Origin: Felis catus
Lineage: Eukaryota
DNA length: 64,000 nt
Direction of reading: 5' to 3'
Assembly (NCBI RefSeq): GCF_018350175.1
Contig: NC_058369.1
Location: forward strand, 18,602,001 to 18,666,000
Shown: positions 24,951 to 37,146 of the stretch, piece after piece
Numbering within the stretch: position 1 is the first letter of the stretch
How the letters are laid out: every line of letters begins with the position of its first letter
Notes under the pieces: model-generated
What the model was told of the DNA's origin: nothing
Databases searched by the model: none
What the model saw: only the letters and a program-made list of their open reading frames with translations
Program-made: the position numbers and the translations under genes

Positions 24951-27900
24951 ATGACTTGCCCAGTATTCTTATGTATGTGAGGAATATTTCAGATCTTGGT
25001 CCCAAGTAGTGTTCTTGGGGTGACCATCCAAGCTACCACTTATTTCTTCCCAGGCTGTCTCCCTCTGATCTTGACCCTTTCGTCTGTTTTCCACACTGAG
25101 GCAAGAGAGATGTCCTTATCTTTGTAAAGCTTGAATCTGCAAACACCTCCCCTTCCCCCAACCATTACTGAGCTGCACTTAGGATCAAGCCCCACATGAT
25201 CTGGCCTCTGGTCTCCTCTCTCTCTCTCCTTTCCCTTCAGTGACTGTAAATCTCCTTTGGATTGTCAAAGCCTATGAGACTAAGCTTGTCCAAGCCTCAT
25301 GTGGGGTTCTCAGGTGAGGGTTGGTCTTCCAGCCATTTTGGATGTGGTCAAATTGCCTAATGAGAACTCAAAGGCAGAACAGGGGCCTGTCCTGCAATCT
25401 GATGAGATTTGATAGTGTGGTTGTCATATTTGCTGTGACTAGTCAGGGGATATGCATGGGGATTGGTGGTGGACTAATTCAGTGTTCGCAGTAGATTAAG
25501 CAATAGTCTATTGAAGGGATAGAAAAGTCCGTCACATTCTAAGTGAGCTGCCCTGGCCGCCTGCCCAAGTCTTGTTTGACCTGTGTGTGTCAAACCTGTG
25601 TGGGTATGTTGACTATTTCAGAAGTTTGTGGCAACTCTAGGAGTCACAGCAGAGGTTTGTACTGCTTCACATTAGCCAAGCGTGCTAATCAGGTGACATC
25701 AGCTTCCCAAAGCAAGGGCTTCCCTGTACTTTACACACCAGGCAGAAAGGTAAAAGAAGAGGGGACCCACCTGTCTGGAGGAGGTAGCCTTGAGGTCCTA
25801 GACTCTCTGCTTTGCCCCACATCTGATACTTTTTAATGTCCAGACAGCCCTTGTCCGGTTTCAGCTTGGCCTGCACCCATTGCTTCTCCTGCTGTTCTGT
25901 AGCTCTGCCTCAAGAATTGATTTGCTGCTATTGACCTCAACTTAATTCCCAGATCGATTCCATTGACGTGATGATGCAAGAAGGGGCTCTGAGCTGCCTC
26001 CAGGCCCAGTGGCCAGCATGACCTTCTGGAGAGACTTGTGCCTTGGAGCTCTCTTCTCTCCTGTGGGCTTAGGACACTCTAAAGCAGGTGGTCTTTGCAT
26101 GTGCTCTCTTGGACCACTCTGGACACCTGTATGCAAAGCTCACCCCAGGTTGACTGTCCTTTGCTCTCACAGCTGCCTGTGAACCCTAGAGCACCCTCCC
26201 TCTTCATCAGGGTTTGTGGGAATGGGCCCCACAGAAGCCAGCTTGGCCTTTGTTGGATAGATCATTGGCTGTCCCGAGCTGGCCACAGTGTAAGTTACCC
26301 GTCTCGACTCTTGCCTCCCTCAGGATTGGTGCCAGCTCCCTGCAGGTACCTCTCCTCTGACTTGAGTGAGCGAGGGACAGACTGAGAAAGCTGATGATGT
26401 GCCGAGAGATGCTCTTAACACTCCTTTCTGGGGTGGTCAGGAGAGACATCTTTTGTGTCTCAGAATGATTGGCTGCCCCTTCAGAGCCCCCTCAGATGTC
26501 TCATTTTGGTAGAGCCTGCAAGGTTGGCTTTTCATTCCTGCTTCCCCTTATCCTCCTTGCCTGGAGACAATGTGGACTTTCCCTCAGCCCAAGATGTCTG
26601 CAGACTGGGAGCAGCCCTTCCTGGGACTGTGCTCTCAGCTGCTGGCATGGGCCCCCAATTGTTCCCCTGAGAACAATGGGTACTCTTTTTTGGCCAGGAA
26701 GGGGAACTCATGAAAGGACCGTTTCTTTGGATGCTTGAGAGCTTTGTGGCAACCCCGCCTGCATGAGATGAACTGCAGTTTCTTCCTGCCTGGAGTGGGT
26801 GTTCCCTGGCTCTGAATGGACCTCTTGTGAACACAGCACACCGGGAAATGCGGGTTGGCGAGGGAAGGCATCTTTGGGGGTGGGTTGAAGAATGACATTT
26901 GCCCAGATGCATCAACTCAAATACTTACTGAAATGTAGACTTCTATGTTTAAAAAAAAAAGTTTACTGACAAGGGCTGAAAGAACATGACAAAGTAAAAA
27001 TAGATAACATTGGGATTGAGGAACTGATTCTGAGCATTTTATTAATGGCTGTAACTATGCTAAGCTCTTCCTTACTTTTGGGGAAAAGAGATTAATTTTT
27101 GTTTCTAGATGGGAACAGTTAACGTCAAATAAAATGCTTCATAATTCAGACCTGAAGGGTACTGGCTGAGCTGAACAGATTGTGTTCAGAATGTGATCCT
27201 GTGGCCTTTGTGGCAAGAGCCATGTGTTGGTTTGAGGCTTGCATGTCTAGCAGCAGGATCAATGATTGTCTTTCATGGGTATGGCTCTGCTTTACTCAGC
27301 AAAGCAAAGGCCCCTCGCACCCACTTCCACTATGGTTGCTCACCTTATGTGGGGACAAAGTTTTGGCTCTTTGACCTCAAGCCAGAGGCTCTTCCTGTTG
27401 ACCTGTGCCATCTCCCTGCAGCCCATCCATGTGACTGTCCACATGTGACTGTGGCTGAACTTGGCCACAGAGTAGATTTGTTATAGTTCATGGCCTAGAC
27501 ACAGGATCACTCTGATGTGAATCAGCACCATGGGGGCCTCTGAAACTTAACTGGAGGCTCAGACTCCATCAGAGGGACCATTTCCTATCTCCCTAAGCAG
27601 AGGAGCCCACACTGTAGGCCTGCCCAAAAGATGCCTTGACCACCTTATGTGCAAGTGCCTCCAAGGTATTGCATACGGTACCCAGCCACAGATGGCTCTG
27701 GGTTGGCCCAGCCTTGCAACTAGCCTGAGGAATGGGGAGTTGAAACGTCAAGAGCCAGTGACCAGGTCTGAGGGAAGCAGGGACTTTGCCAGGAAAGGCT
27801 GCTAGAGGCCTAAGGAGTGGGGTGTCCCAGGGCAGCAGTCTGTACCACTTTGAAATGGACCACTGAGAAGACCCTCTGGCATCTGTGGGGGATGCAGGGA

Positions 27901-28309
27901 AGGTCCCAGCTTGAACTTCTGGGGCTGTCCTGTCTAGAAGTGTTGGTTGGAAGGTGCCACCACTTAGGGCCCAAAGGACCCTCCTAAAAGTTTGTAATGT
28001 GAGGGAATTTTTTCCAGATGCAGGTTTCTCAATCATAATTCCCTAGATCCCTCTTGGCTGGCCAGAATCACCTCACCCTGTGGTAACATTGCTTACCCAT
28101 CTTTCTGAAGTCTTTGCCATGTAAGTCCTACAACTCCTACATAGGTAACGTACACCTTGTGGGTTCTGAATGATAAAGCTTAGGTTTTCTTGGTTTCAGA
28201 AGCGAGTGGTCATAATTAATTAGGCTCTAGTGAGAGTCTAGTTCTTTAGTTTTGCCTTTCAACTGTGCCTAACTGGCTGGCACATACTGTGGGTGGAAAC
28301 TTGCTTGTT

Positions 28310-30994
28310 TGTTTGTTTAAGTTTTTAATTTTTCTTCCGGTATAGTTATCATACAGTGTTGTATTAGTTTCAGGTGTATGACATAGTGATTCAACACTTC
28401 TATACATTACTCAGAGCTCATCATAAAGTGTTACTCTTTAATCCCTGTCACTGGTTTTACCCACCCCCCCACCCACCTCCCCTCTGGTAACCATCAGTTC
28501 TCCACAGTGAAGAGTTTGTGTCTTGGTTTGCCTCTCTCTTTTTTCCTTTGTTTTGTTGGTTAAATGCCACATATGTGATTTCATATGGTCTTTGTCTTTC
28601 TCTGACTGACTTATTTCACTTAGCATTATACTCGTTAGCTCCCTCCATGTCGTTGCAAATGCCAAGATGGTCCATTGTATAGATACACCACTTCTTCTTT
28701 ATCTGTTCTTCTATTGATGGACACTTGGGCTGCTTCCATAATTTGGCTATTGTAAATAATGCTGCAATAAACCTAGGAGTGCATATATCCCTTTGAATTA
28801 GTGTTTTTGTATTTTTTTGGGTAAATACCAAGTAGTGCGATTACTGGATTGTAGAGTAGTTTTATTTTTAACTTAAAAAAATTTTTTTTTTAATGTTTAT
28901 TTATTTTGAGGTGAGGCAGGGGGTGTGGGAAGCGCACAAGCAGGGGAGGGGCAGAGAGAAGGAGAGACAGAATCCCAAGCAGGCTCTGCACCATCAGCAC
29001 AGAGCCCAGTTTGGGGCTCAAACTCACAAACCGTGAGATCATGACCTGAGCCGAAGTCAAGAGTTGGATGCTTAACTGACTATGCCACCCGGGTGCCCCT
29101 ATTTTTAACTTTTTGAGGAACCTCCATACTGTTTTTCACAGTGGCTGCACCAGTTTGCATTTCCACCAACAGTGCACGAGATTTCCTTTTTCTCCACATC
29201 CTCGCCAATACTTGTTTTTTGTGTTTTTGATTTTAGCCATTCTAACAGGTATGAGGCGATACCTCAATTTAGTTTTGATTTGTATTTCCCTGATGATGAG
29301 TGATGTTGAGCATTTGTCTGATGGCCATCTGGATGTCTTCTTTGAAGAAATGTGTGTTCATCTCTTCTGCCCTTTTTTAAATTAGATTATTTGTTTTTTG
29401 GGTGTTGAGTTGTAGAAGTTTCTTTTTACATTTTAGATGCTAACCGTTTATCAGATATGTCATTTGTGTATATCTTCTCCCATTCAGTAGGTTGCCTTTT
29501 AGTTTTATTATTTCCTTCACTGTGTAGAAGCTTTTTATTTTGATGTAGTTCCAATAGTTTATTTTTGCTTTGTTTCCCTTGCCTCAGGAGACATATCTAG
29601 AAAAATATTGCTACAGCTAATGTCATAAATTACTACCTGGGCTCACTTCTAGGATTTTTATGGTTTCAGGTCTCACATTTAGGTCTTTAATCCATTTTGA
29701 GTTTATTTTTGTGTGTGGTATAAGAAGGTGGTCTAGGTTCATTTTTTTGTATGTAGATGACCATTTTTCCTAATACCATTTGTTGAAGAGACTGTCTTTT
29801 TCCCATTGGATATTCCTTCTTCTTGTCGAAGATTAATTGACCATATAGTTTGGGTTTATTTCTGGGTTTTCTGTTCTGTTCCATTGATCTGTGTGTCTGT
29901 CTTTATGCCAGTACTACACTGTTTGATTACTACAGCTTTGTAATGTAACTCAGGAATTGTGATGCTTTTCTTTTTCAAGGTTGCTTTGGTGTTCAGGGTC
30001 TTATGTGGTTCCATACAGATTTTAGGATTGTTTGTTCTAGTTCCATGAAAAATGCTGTTGGTCTTTTGAAAGGAATTGCATTAAATCAGTAGATTGCTTT
30101 GGGTTGTACAGACATTTTAATGATGTTTGTCCTTCTAATCTGTGAGCATGGAATGTCTTTCCATTTCTTTGTGTTGTCCGCAGTTTCTGTCATCAATGTT
30201 TTATAATTTTCAGAGTACAGGTCTTTGATCTCTGGTTAAGTTTATTCCTAGATATTTTATTATTTTGGGTACAATTGTAAATAGGATTGTTTTTTTTTTT
30301 TACTAACATTTTTTTACTTATTTTTGAGAGAGCACAAGTGGGGGAGGGGCAGATAAAAAGGGGGACAAAAGATCCAAAGCGGGCTCTGCACTGACAGCAG
30401 CCAGCCCGATATGGGACTTGAACTCACAAACCATGAGATCGTGACCTGAGCTGAAGACAGACGCTCAAACGACTAAACTGCCCAGGTGCCCAAATGGGAT
30501 TGTGTTTTCTTAATTTCTCTTCATTCTGCTTCATTATTAGTGTACAGGAAGGAATGCAACAGATTTCTCTACACTGATTTTGTATCCTGTGACTTTACTG
30601 AATTCATTTATCAGTTCTAGTAGTTTTTGGTGGAGTCTTCAGGGTTTTCTGTAGTTATCGTGTCATCTGCAAATAGTGAAAAATTTTTTTTCTTTTTGTT
30701 GTCTTTTTAAAAAAATATTTTTTAGGGGCGCCTGGGTGGCTCAGTCAGTTAAGCGGCCGACTTCAGCTCAGGTCATGATCTCGTGGTCTGTGAGTTCGAG
30801 CCCTGCGTTGGGCTCTGTGCTGACAGCTCAGAGCCTGGAGTCTGTTTCAGATTCTGTGTCTCCCTCTCTCTGACCCTCCCCCGTTCATGCTCTGTCTCTC
30901 TCTATCTCAAAAATAAATAAACGTTAAAAAAAAATTAAAAAACATTTTTTAATGTTTATTTTTGAGAGAGACAGAGTGTGAGTGGGGGAGGGGC

Positions 30995-31027
<33 letters not shown>

Positions 31028-31740
31028 ATCCAAAGTAGGCTCCAGGCTCTGAGCTATCAGCACAGAGCTCAGTGTGGGGCTCAAACCCACAGACTGTGAG
31101 ATCATGACCTGCACCCAAGTCAGATGCTTAACCGACTGAGCCACCCAGATGCCCCCTCTTTTTGTTGTCTGATTGCTGTGGGTAGGACTTCCAGTACAAT
31201 GTTGAATAAAAATTGTGAGAGTAGGCATCCTTGTCTTGTTCCTGACTTTAGGAGAAAAGCTCTCAGTTTTTCTCCATTGAATATGATGTTTGCTGTGGGT
31301 TTTTCGTATTAAGACCTGTATTATGCTGAGGTTATGTTCCATTTAGACCTACTTTGTTGAGGGTTTCTGTCAAGAATGTTGAGGGTTTTTGGGGTGTTGT
31401 ATGGAAAGCAATTTGGCAGTAAATTTCATATTAAAAAAATAGAATGTTGAGGGTTTTTATCATGAATGGATGTTGTGTTTTGTCACATGCTTTTTCTGCA
31501 TGTTGAAATGATCATGTGGTTTTTATCTTTTCTTTTATTGATGTGACATATCACATTGATTAATTTGAGAATATTGAACCACCTTTGCATCCTGGGTGAT
31601 TGTGGTGAATTTTTTTAATGTATTGTTGGATTCAGTTTGCTAGTATTTTCTTGGGGATTTTTGCATCTATGTTTATCAGAGATATTGGCCTATATAGTTC
31701 TCTTTTTTTGTGTGGTGGCTCTATCTGGTTTTGGTATTAG
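28310..31740 (-). mobile_element. 5'-truncated carnivore L1 (ORF2 3' half plus 3'UTR), interrupted by SINEs at ~28870-29099, 30290-30491, 30725-30930 and 30940-31155
   Basis: Minus-strand ORF fragments give L1 ORF2 peptides (TLIQRDICTPRFIAALFTIAKLWKQPKCPS; FATTWRELTSIMLSEISQSEKDK; LYGQLIFDK), broken by frameshifts and stops. Confidence 0.92.
31391..31440 (+). mobile_element. ~50-bp extreme 3' end of a felid-type L1
   Basis: GGGTGTTGTATGGAAAGCAATTTGGCAGTAAATTTCATATT-A7 between 18-bp repeats AGAATGTTGAGGGTTTTT. Confidence 0.65.
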
Positions 31741-32159
31741 AAACTTGCTTTTTGAGTGAGGGATTAAGTACTGGAAGTTCCTCTGCCCTTTGCTCTCTCT
31801 CCAGGTTTAGAAGGATACTAATTTGGGGTGAGAGATGTTACTTGTGTTGCATGGTGTTTAGAACAGGTGCTGTATCTTTATCAAACTTGATGTTTGACGT
31901 TCTGTGTGAGAGAGGGCACCAGCGAAAACAGTTGGAGACAGTGTCCCAGAGCTGAACAGGGAGTCAGTTACTAGTCATCTATTAGTGTAGACTAAAGAGT
32001 GGCCAGAACCTTCATGTTTTTCAGTTCCCCAGTCATTAGTTGTGGTGGTTCATTGTGGGCATTGCTGGGTAACCTTTGGAACTCCGTATGGGTCTGCCCA
32101 AGTTTTGTGGTTTTGATTCTTAATGTTTTTGGATGCACTTTATGGATCAATACTTCTTT

Positions 32160-32363
32160 TTTTTATTATTATTTTTTAAGTTTATTTATTTATTTTAAGA
32201 GAAAGTGCAAGCAGGGGAAGAGCAGAGAGAGAGGGGAGAGTGAGAATCTCAAGCAGGCTCCACGCTACCAGTGCGGAACAATGATGTCAGGTTCGAACTC
32301 ACGAATTGTGAGATCATGACGTGAGCTGAAGTCAGATGTTTGAGTGAGCCACCTAGGCGCCCC
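32160..32363 (-). mobile_element. Can-SINE
   Basis: SINEC body; tggatcaa flanks. Confidence 0.82.
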
Positions 32364-32827
32364 TGGATCAAGAGTTCTAAAACTCCGTGTATGGCTATTG
32401 GAGATCTTGTTTTCCTCACTGGTGGGCTTGCCTTCCATCTCAGAAGCGTGTCCTTTCTGAGGGTTGCTGAAAGATTTCTGGCTATTTCTATGTGAGCCTG
32501 TAAGCTAGAGCCTGTGATCTTCAGCCTTCCTCCTGCAGTTTCTGCCTCCTGTGGGTGTTCCCACTAACAGCCTGAAGACTTCTTTCCAAGGTGGCTGCTT
32601 CATAAGGCCAGCAGGCCTTGCCTCCCCCAACTCAAAGACAGTGTTGGTATTTTGGCTGAGTGACCTGAAACCCTGGGGGAGTTCCATGGCCTGGACCAGC
32701 CTGTCACCCAAACATATGTGCTGGCACTGATGAGCAGCTCACAAGAGCTCTGATTCCTGCCTCTTGTCTGCCATTCCTAGTATGGCAGCCATTAAGGGTT
32801 AGTTGTAGGTGGTACGGCTAGGGCAGA

Positions 32828-32919
32828 GTCTATGGCCATACCATCCTGAATGTGCCCAATCTCGTCTGATCTCAGAAGCTATTTAGGGTCGGGCCTGGTT
32901 AGTACTTGGATGGGAGACA
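32828..32919 (+). pseudogene. 5S rRNA retropseudogene, 3'-truncated and tailless
   Basis: GTCTATGGCCATACCATCCTGAATGTGCCCAATCTCGTCTGATCTCAGAAGCT...GGGTCGGGCCTGGTTAGTACTTGGATGGGAGAC matches 5S nt 1-~91 with CpG decay. Flanked by the direct repeat GCTAGGGCAGA. Confidence 0.93.
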
Positions 32920-35210
32920 GCTAGGGCAGAAATCTTCCTATGAGTATCTCTAAGGTTAGTGAGAATCTCATGTGCAAATGTATCAGGATGGCGCACCCCT
33001 GTTTGAGACTGAAGAGCTGGATGCTGGTCTTTGGGTTGTCCCTGCAGCAAGTTCTCCTCTACTCCACACCCCTCAGGGTTTTCATCCACTCCTGACAGAT
33101 AGGTCTTAAGAGGCAAGCAAGTCCCTGAGGGTCCCTGGGCTTTGTTCCCCTGTAGGAAGGATCCTGGCTTCCCCTTCCTGTAGCCTCCCCACTTCCCTTT
33201 GATGCTTTGAGCTTCTGCTCTGGGGGATGAACAGGGAGAAATGGCCACAGTGTATGCTGGGTCCAAGGCCAGAAGGAAGACTGGGAGTGGACCCTGGACC
33301 TGTCAGTGCAGATGCCTCACAATACATACTGGGTCCTCTCTCGGCCCAGGAATGTGCGGGGAACCAGCACCCACAGAGAATCCAATGTGTGCCTGGCCCT
33401 GTGATTGTGGCAAATGATGGCATCATTTTCTTCTTTTTGCAGATGAGAAAACTGAGGCTGAGGTTGGGTCAAGCCTCAGCCTAGCTGGAGCTGGAGTTCA
33501 GCCAAGGACTCCTGGAGATGGGGCTTCTTGTCAGATCATCTGCTGTTATAGGAAGAGTCCTGGCTTGTCATAGGGGCAGCATCTCTCAGGAGTGACTTTT
33601 ATAACCTGCTTCGCCCTTAGGCCTTAAGAGAAAAAGTGTGTAGAGCCTGGAAGTTTTGAAAGCTTGGAAGGATATGTGGAATTCCCATGGGCTGAAGGCC
33701 TCCTGCTTTGTCAGCGTAGAGCAGGTGCTGCATTACAGAGCATTCCCTGAACTGGGTGCCCTCAGGAGCAAGGGGCTGTTAGTGGAATCCTTCAGGGTCT
33801 GTGGACAGTGCCAGACCTTGAGGCATGTTCAGACTTCCTAGTTCAGGGGCTTTCCCCAAATAGCCTTGAGAATACAGAGATGCCAGCTTGCCTGTGACTT
33901 GGCTAGGTTCCTTGTGGAGTTCATTTGTTTTGCTTCATGTGGCCCTTTATTAAAGCAAATCATTGCCACCCAAAGTGCTGCCTGGGCCTGACATTCCCAG
34001 TACCAGGATGCTCAGAGATGCATGGATTTTAGACCATTCAGGTTGGTACCTTTCCTTCCTGTATGAGGAGTACCTAAGGCCCTGGGGACTGCCTGCTGTA
34101 GGGCTAGAGATCCACATTGGACACCTGTCCTGTGGCCGGGGCATGGCTAGCACCCCAGGATCCTGAGGAGCCAGAATCTGCAGAAAGGAAGGCAGGAATG
34201 TGGGTTGGAGAGGCTATTATATGTTATTAACGTGTGATAATGTTAGTTGGCATAGTTTAAATAAGTATACGTATTCCAACGGTGGCTGTGTGGGAACCTT
34301 GGCCGAAGAGTGGCTTGGGGCTTATTCCTTAGGAAATGTCTGGCAGCAGAGCTGTGGCCCTTGGGGTCAGCAGAATAGGAATTGAGCCAGGCTGGGAAGC
34401 TTGAGGAGGTGGGGCCCTTCTCTGTTTTCTCTGTTATAAAGTGCCCTTGTATCTCTAGTGAGAGACTTGGAAAAGCACTGGGCTATGTACTCATCTGTGC
34501 TGATGGAATACATAGGGCTGGGCACAGGCACAGATGCCTGGCTACTCAGGAATGTCCCAGGAGCCTGGCCAGCCAGTTGGTACCCACTTCCAGAGCCTAT
34601 CCTGGTCTCTCCTGGCTCTGTTTGGTCTTCTCTACAGGTGACTTCTCCTTGGATGACTTCACCTTGAGCTCTTTTCTAGGCCCTCCCTCTGCTAGGTGTG
34701 CTCTCATCCCAGTGGTGGCCATTGGGATGGAATGGGGTTAGGAAACATAATGGAGTGGCTGGAAACCAGGCTATACTCTGGCTCACCTACTGTCTGCCTC
34801 TCAGGGCCATAAGTCATACCCCACCTTTGTAAAACATCTCATGGTTCCCTGACTACTCTATTTAGGCCTTAAAGATTTGCTTCCTGTTTTTTGCAAAATG
34901 AGACATTTAGCCTTTGCTTTATATGTTTATATATGGATGTGACAGTTTTCATATTTAATATAACTGAAAAAAAAGTGAAGCATAGACTTTTAAGCAAAAC
35001 ATTTGAAGTAAGTATTTTTGTAGCTAAAAAAGATTTTAAAGGAAAAATATATTTAGCATTTTTCATGGATTTCAAGATACCCATATTTACAGATATTTTA
35101 CCATTTCAGATATTTTACCACTGTGTTTGCAGTGGATGGTGAAGGACAGGAAGGGGGGTTCTTAGTGGTGCATTAATTAGATAGTGGTCACAAAAGAAAT
35201 GCTGTTCACA

Positions 35211-35410
35211 GGGGCGCCTGGGTGGCTCAGTCAGTTAAGCGTCCAACTTTGGCTCAGGTTCTCACAGTTCTTGGATTCAAGCCCTGCGTCGGGCTCTGTG
35301 CTGACAGCTCAGAGCCTGGAGCCTGCTTCGGATTCTGTGTCCTGCTCTCTCTCTCTATGCCCCTCCTCCACTCGCACTCTGTTTCTCTCTCTCAAAAATG
35401 AATAAACATG
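35211..35410 (+). mobile_element. Can-SINE
   Basis: GGGGCGCCTGGGTGGCTCAG head; tail replaced by a G-run; gctgttc flanks. Confidence 0.88.
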
Positions 35411-36374
35411 GGTGGGGGGGGGGTAAAAAGCTGTTCGTATACCCTCAGGAATCTCAGTGGCTCAGACAGCAGTCAGTAAAGGACAACCCCAATAATAGTA
35501 ACTTCTGATAATGTCTGATGTCTTCTCATGGGTTTTTGCTGGAAGTAGGAAATCTGTTTATAGGGAGGTAAGTATCTGGTCACTGATAAGATTGGTGGAA
35601 TGACATGCTGCCTGAACACTGGGTCCTGGCTGGGAAGATCAGGTATGAGCTCTGGGTCTCTTCCCAATCAGGTACCTGACTCTTGGCGGGAGGAAGCCTG
35701 AGGAACCAGAGCCCCTATGGAGCCCTGCAGGCATGACTCTGGTCTTCCTGCTGTGGGAAGAGAAACATTTTATTATCCCTCTGCTGACAAGCAATGGCCA
35801 TGAAGGACAATTCCTGGTGCCAAGGCTAGCAGTAAGACATGTCTGTTGGCCAGTGTTGTCTCTGAGCTTAGTGGAATGGTATAGTGGAGCTAAGAGTGCC
35901 TTTGGTTAGATCAGAGAGTGGGTGCCACCTTTCTGGCATTGGGGGCAGGAATAGGTGTTTCCTAAAGGTGAGAGTAATTGTGGATAGGGCCTGGGCAAGA
36001 GGCAAGTCTTGTTTCCCTTTGTCAACTGATGGTTGAAATTTCTCTGGCAGCATTCCTTTGCGTACCTTGATTATTACCAGTCATGCCCCTTTAGAAAAGG
36101 ACTTCTACCCTAAAATAGGAGCACCTGGGAGGTGCTGTTGGGTGGAGTAAGGGGTGAGCTCCTCAGGCCTGCCTTTGTGACTGGGCTCTCCAAGGTCAGA
36201 CATGGGTTCTGTAGATTTCCCAAACTTAAGTTGACTATAGAACTCTCCCTTAGGCCAGAGCTCCTTGGAATCTTTGATAAACACTTCCAGAATAATTGTT
36301 TCCAGTACCTAATCCTGGGTGTTGCAATTTTTCTTGAGTTTTAAAAAGCAGGGTTAATTAAGGCATTATATACA

Positions 36375-36510
36375 GGGGCACCTGGGTGGTTCAGTTGGTT
36401 AAGCGTCCAACTCTTGGTTTCATCTCAGGTCTGGATCTCAGAGTCATGAGTTTGGGCCCCGCGTTGGGCTCTGTGCTGGGCGTGAAGCCTACTTTAAAAA
36501 AAAAAAAAAA
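36375..36510 (+). mobile_element. Short Can-SINE
   Basis: tRNA-derived head ending gcctacttt plus an A-tail. Confidence 0.82.
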
Positions 36511-37146
36511 CACCAAACATTAGATACCGCTAACTGTATTTGCTACCCAAATGCATCCCACTCTACTTGAACGCACGTCCCACTGACGTGGTTGTACAGT
36601 TGAGGCATCTGGAGACATTGAGCTGTCTCTTGCACCCAGGCCCACATGCATTTCCACCCTGGGCAGGAAGGGCATACGACTTGAGCAAAGTTGTGTCTGT
36701 AGAGGGCAGGGAGAAGGCTGAGATGAGGTTGAAAGGAGTGCTGAGGGATGAGACACTTGCACCTGATTCTGCAAGCCAAGTGGGTAAGTAGGTGGCAGGG
36801 TATATATCACTTTTGTAAAAACCTGCAACATTTCTTGAACTCCATGGCATCTGCTCTCAGGGATGAGACACGTGTTTGAGTGCCACCACTGCTGTCTCCC
36901 CACAGTGTGGCCTTGGGCAAATCATTTGCATTCCAAGCTAGCCTATCTGGCAGCCCCAGTCTTTCGTGACAGGTGAATGAGAGCTCCAGGAGAGGAATTG
37001 GTTCCCCCCCCCCCCCCCCAGCAGAAATTCTCAATTCTACCTTAAGCCTGTCACACAATTCAGGCTGGGTCCATGATGAACTGTTGTGATCATTGTCAGG
37101 TTATTCATTGACAGTACCACTTAACTCATGCTGGTATCTCTTTTAG

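Noticed and set aside
28438..31342. ORFs with reverse-transcriptase-element similarity as an active gene
   Set aside because: Fragmented, frameshifted L1 ORF2 interrupted by SINEs; non-functional.
32828..32919. Functional 5S rRNA gene
   Set aside because: Single copy, lacks the 3' ~30 nt and terminator, shows CpG decay and has a TSD.
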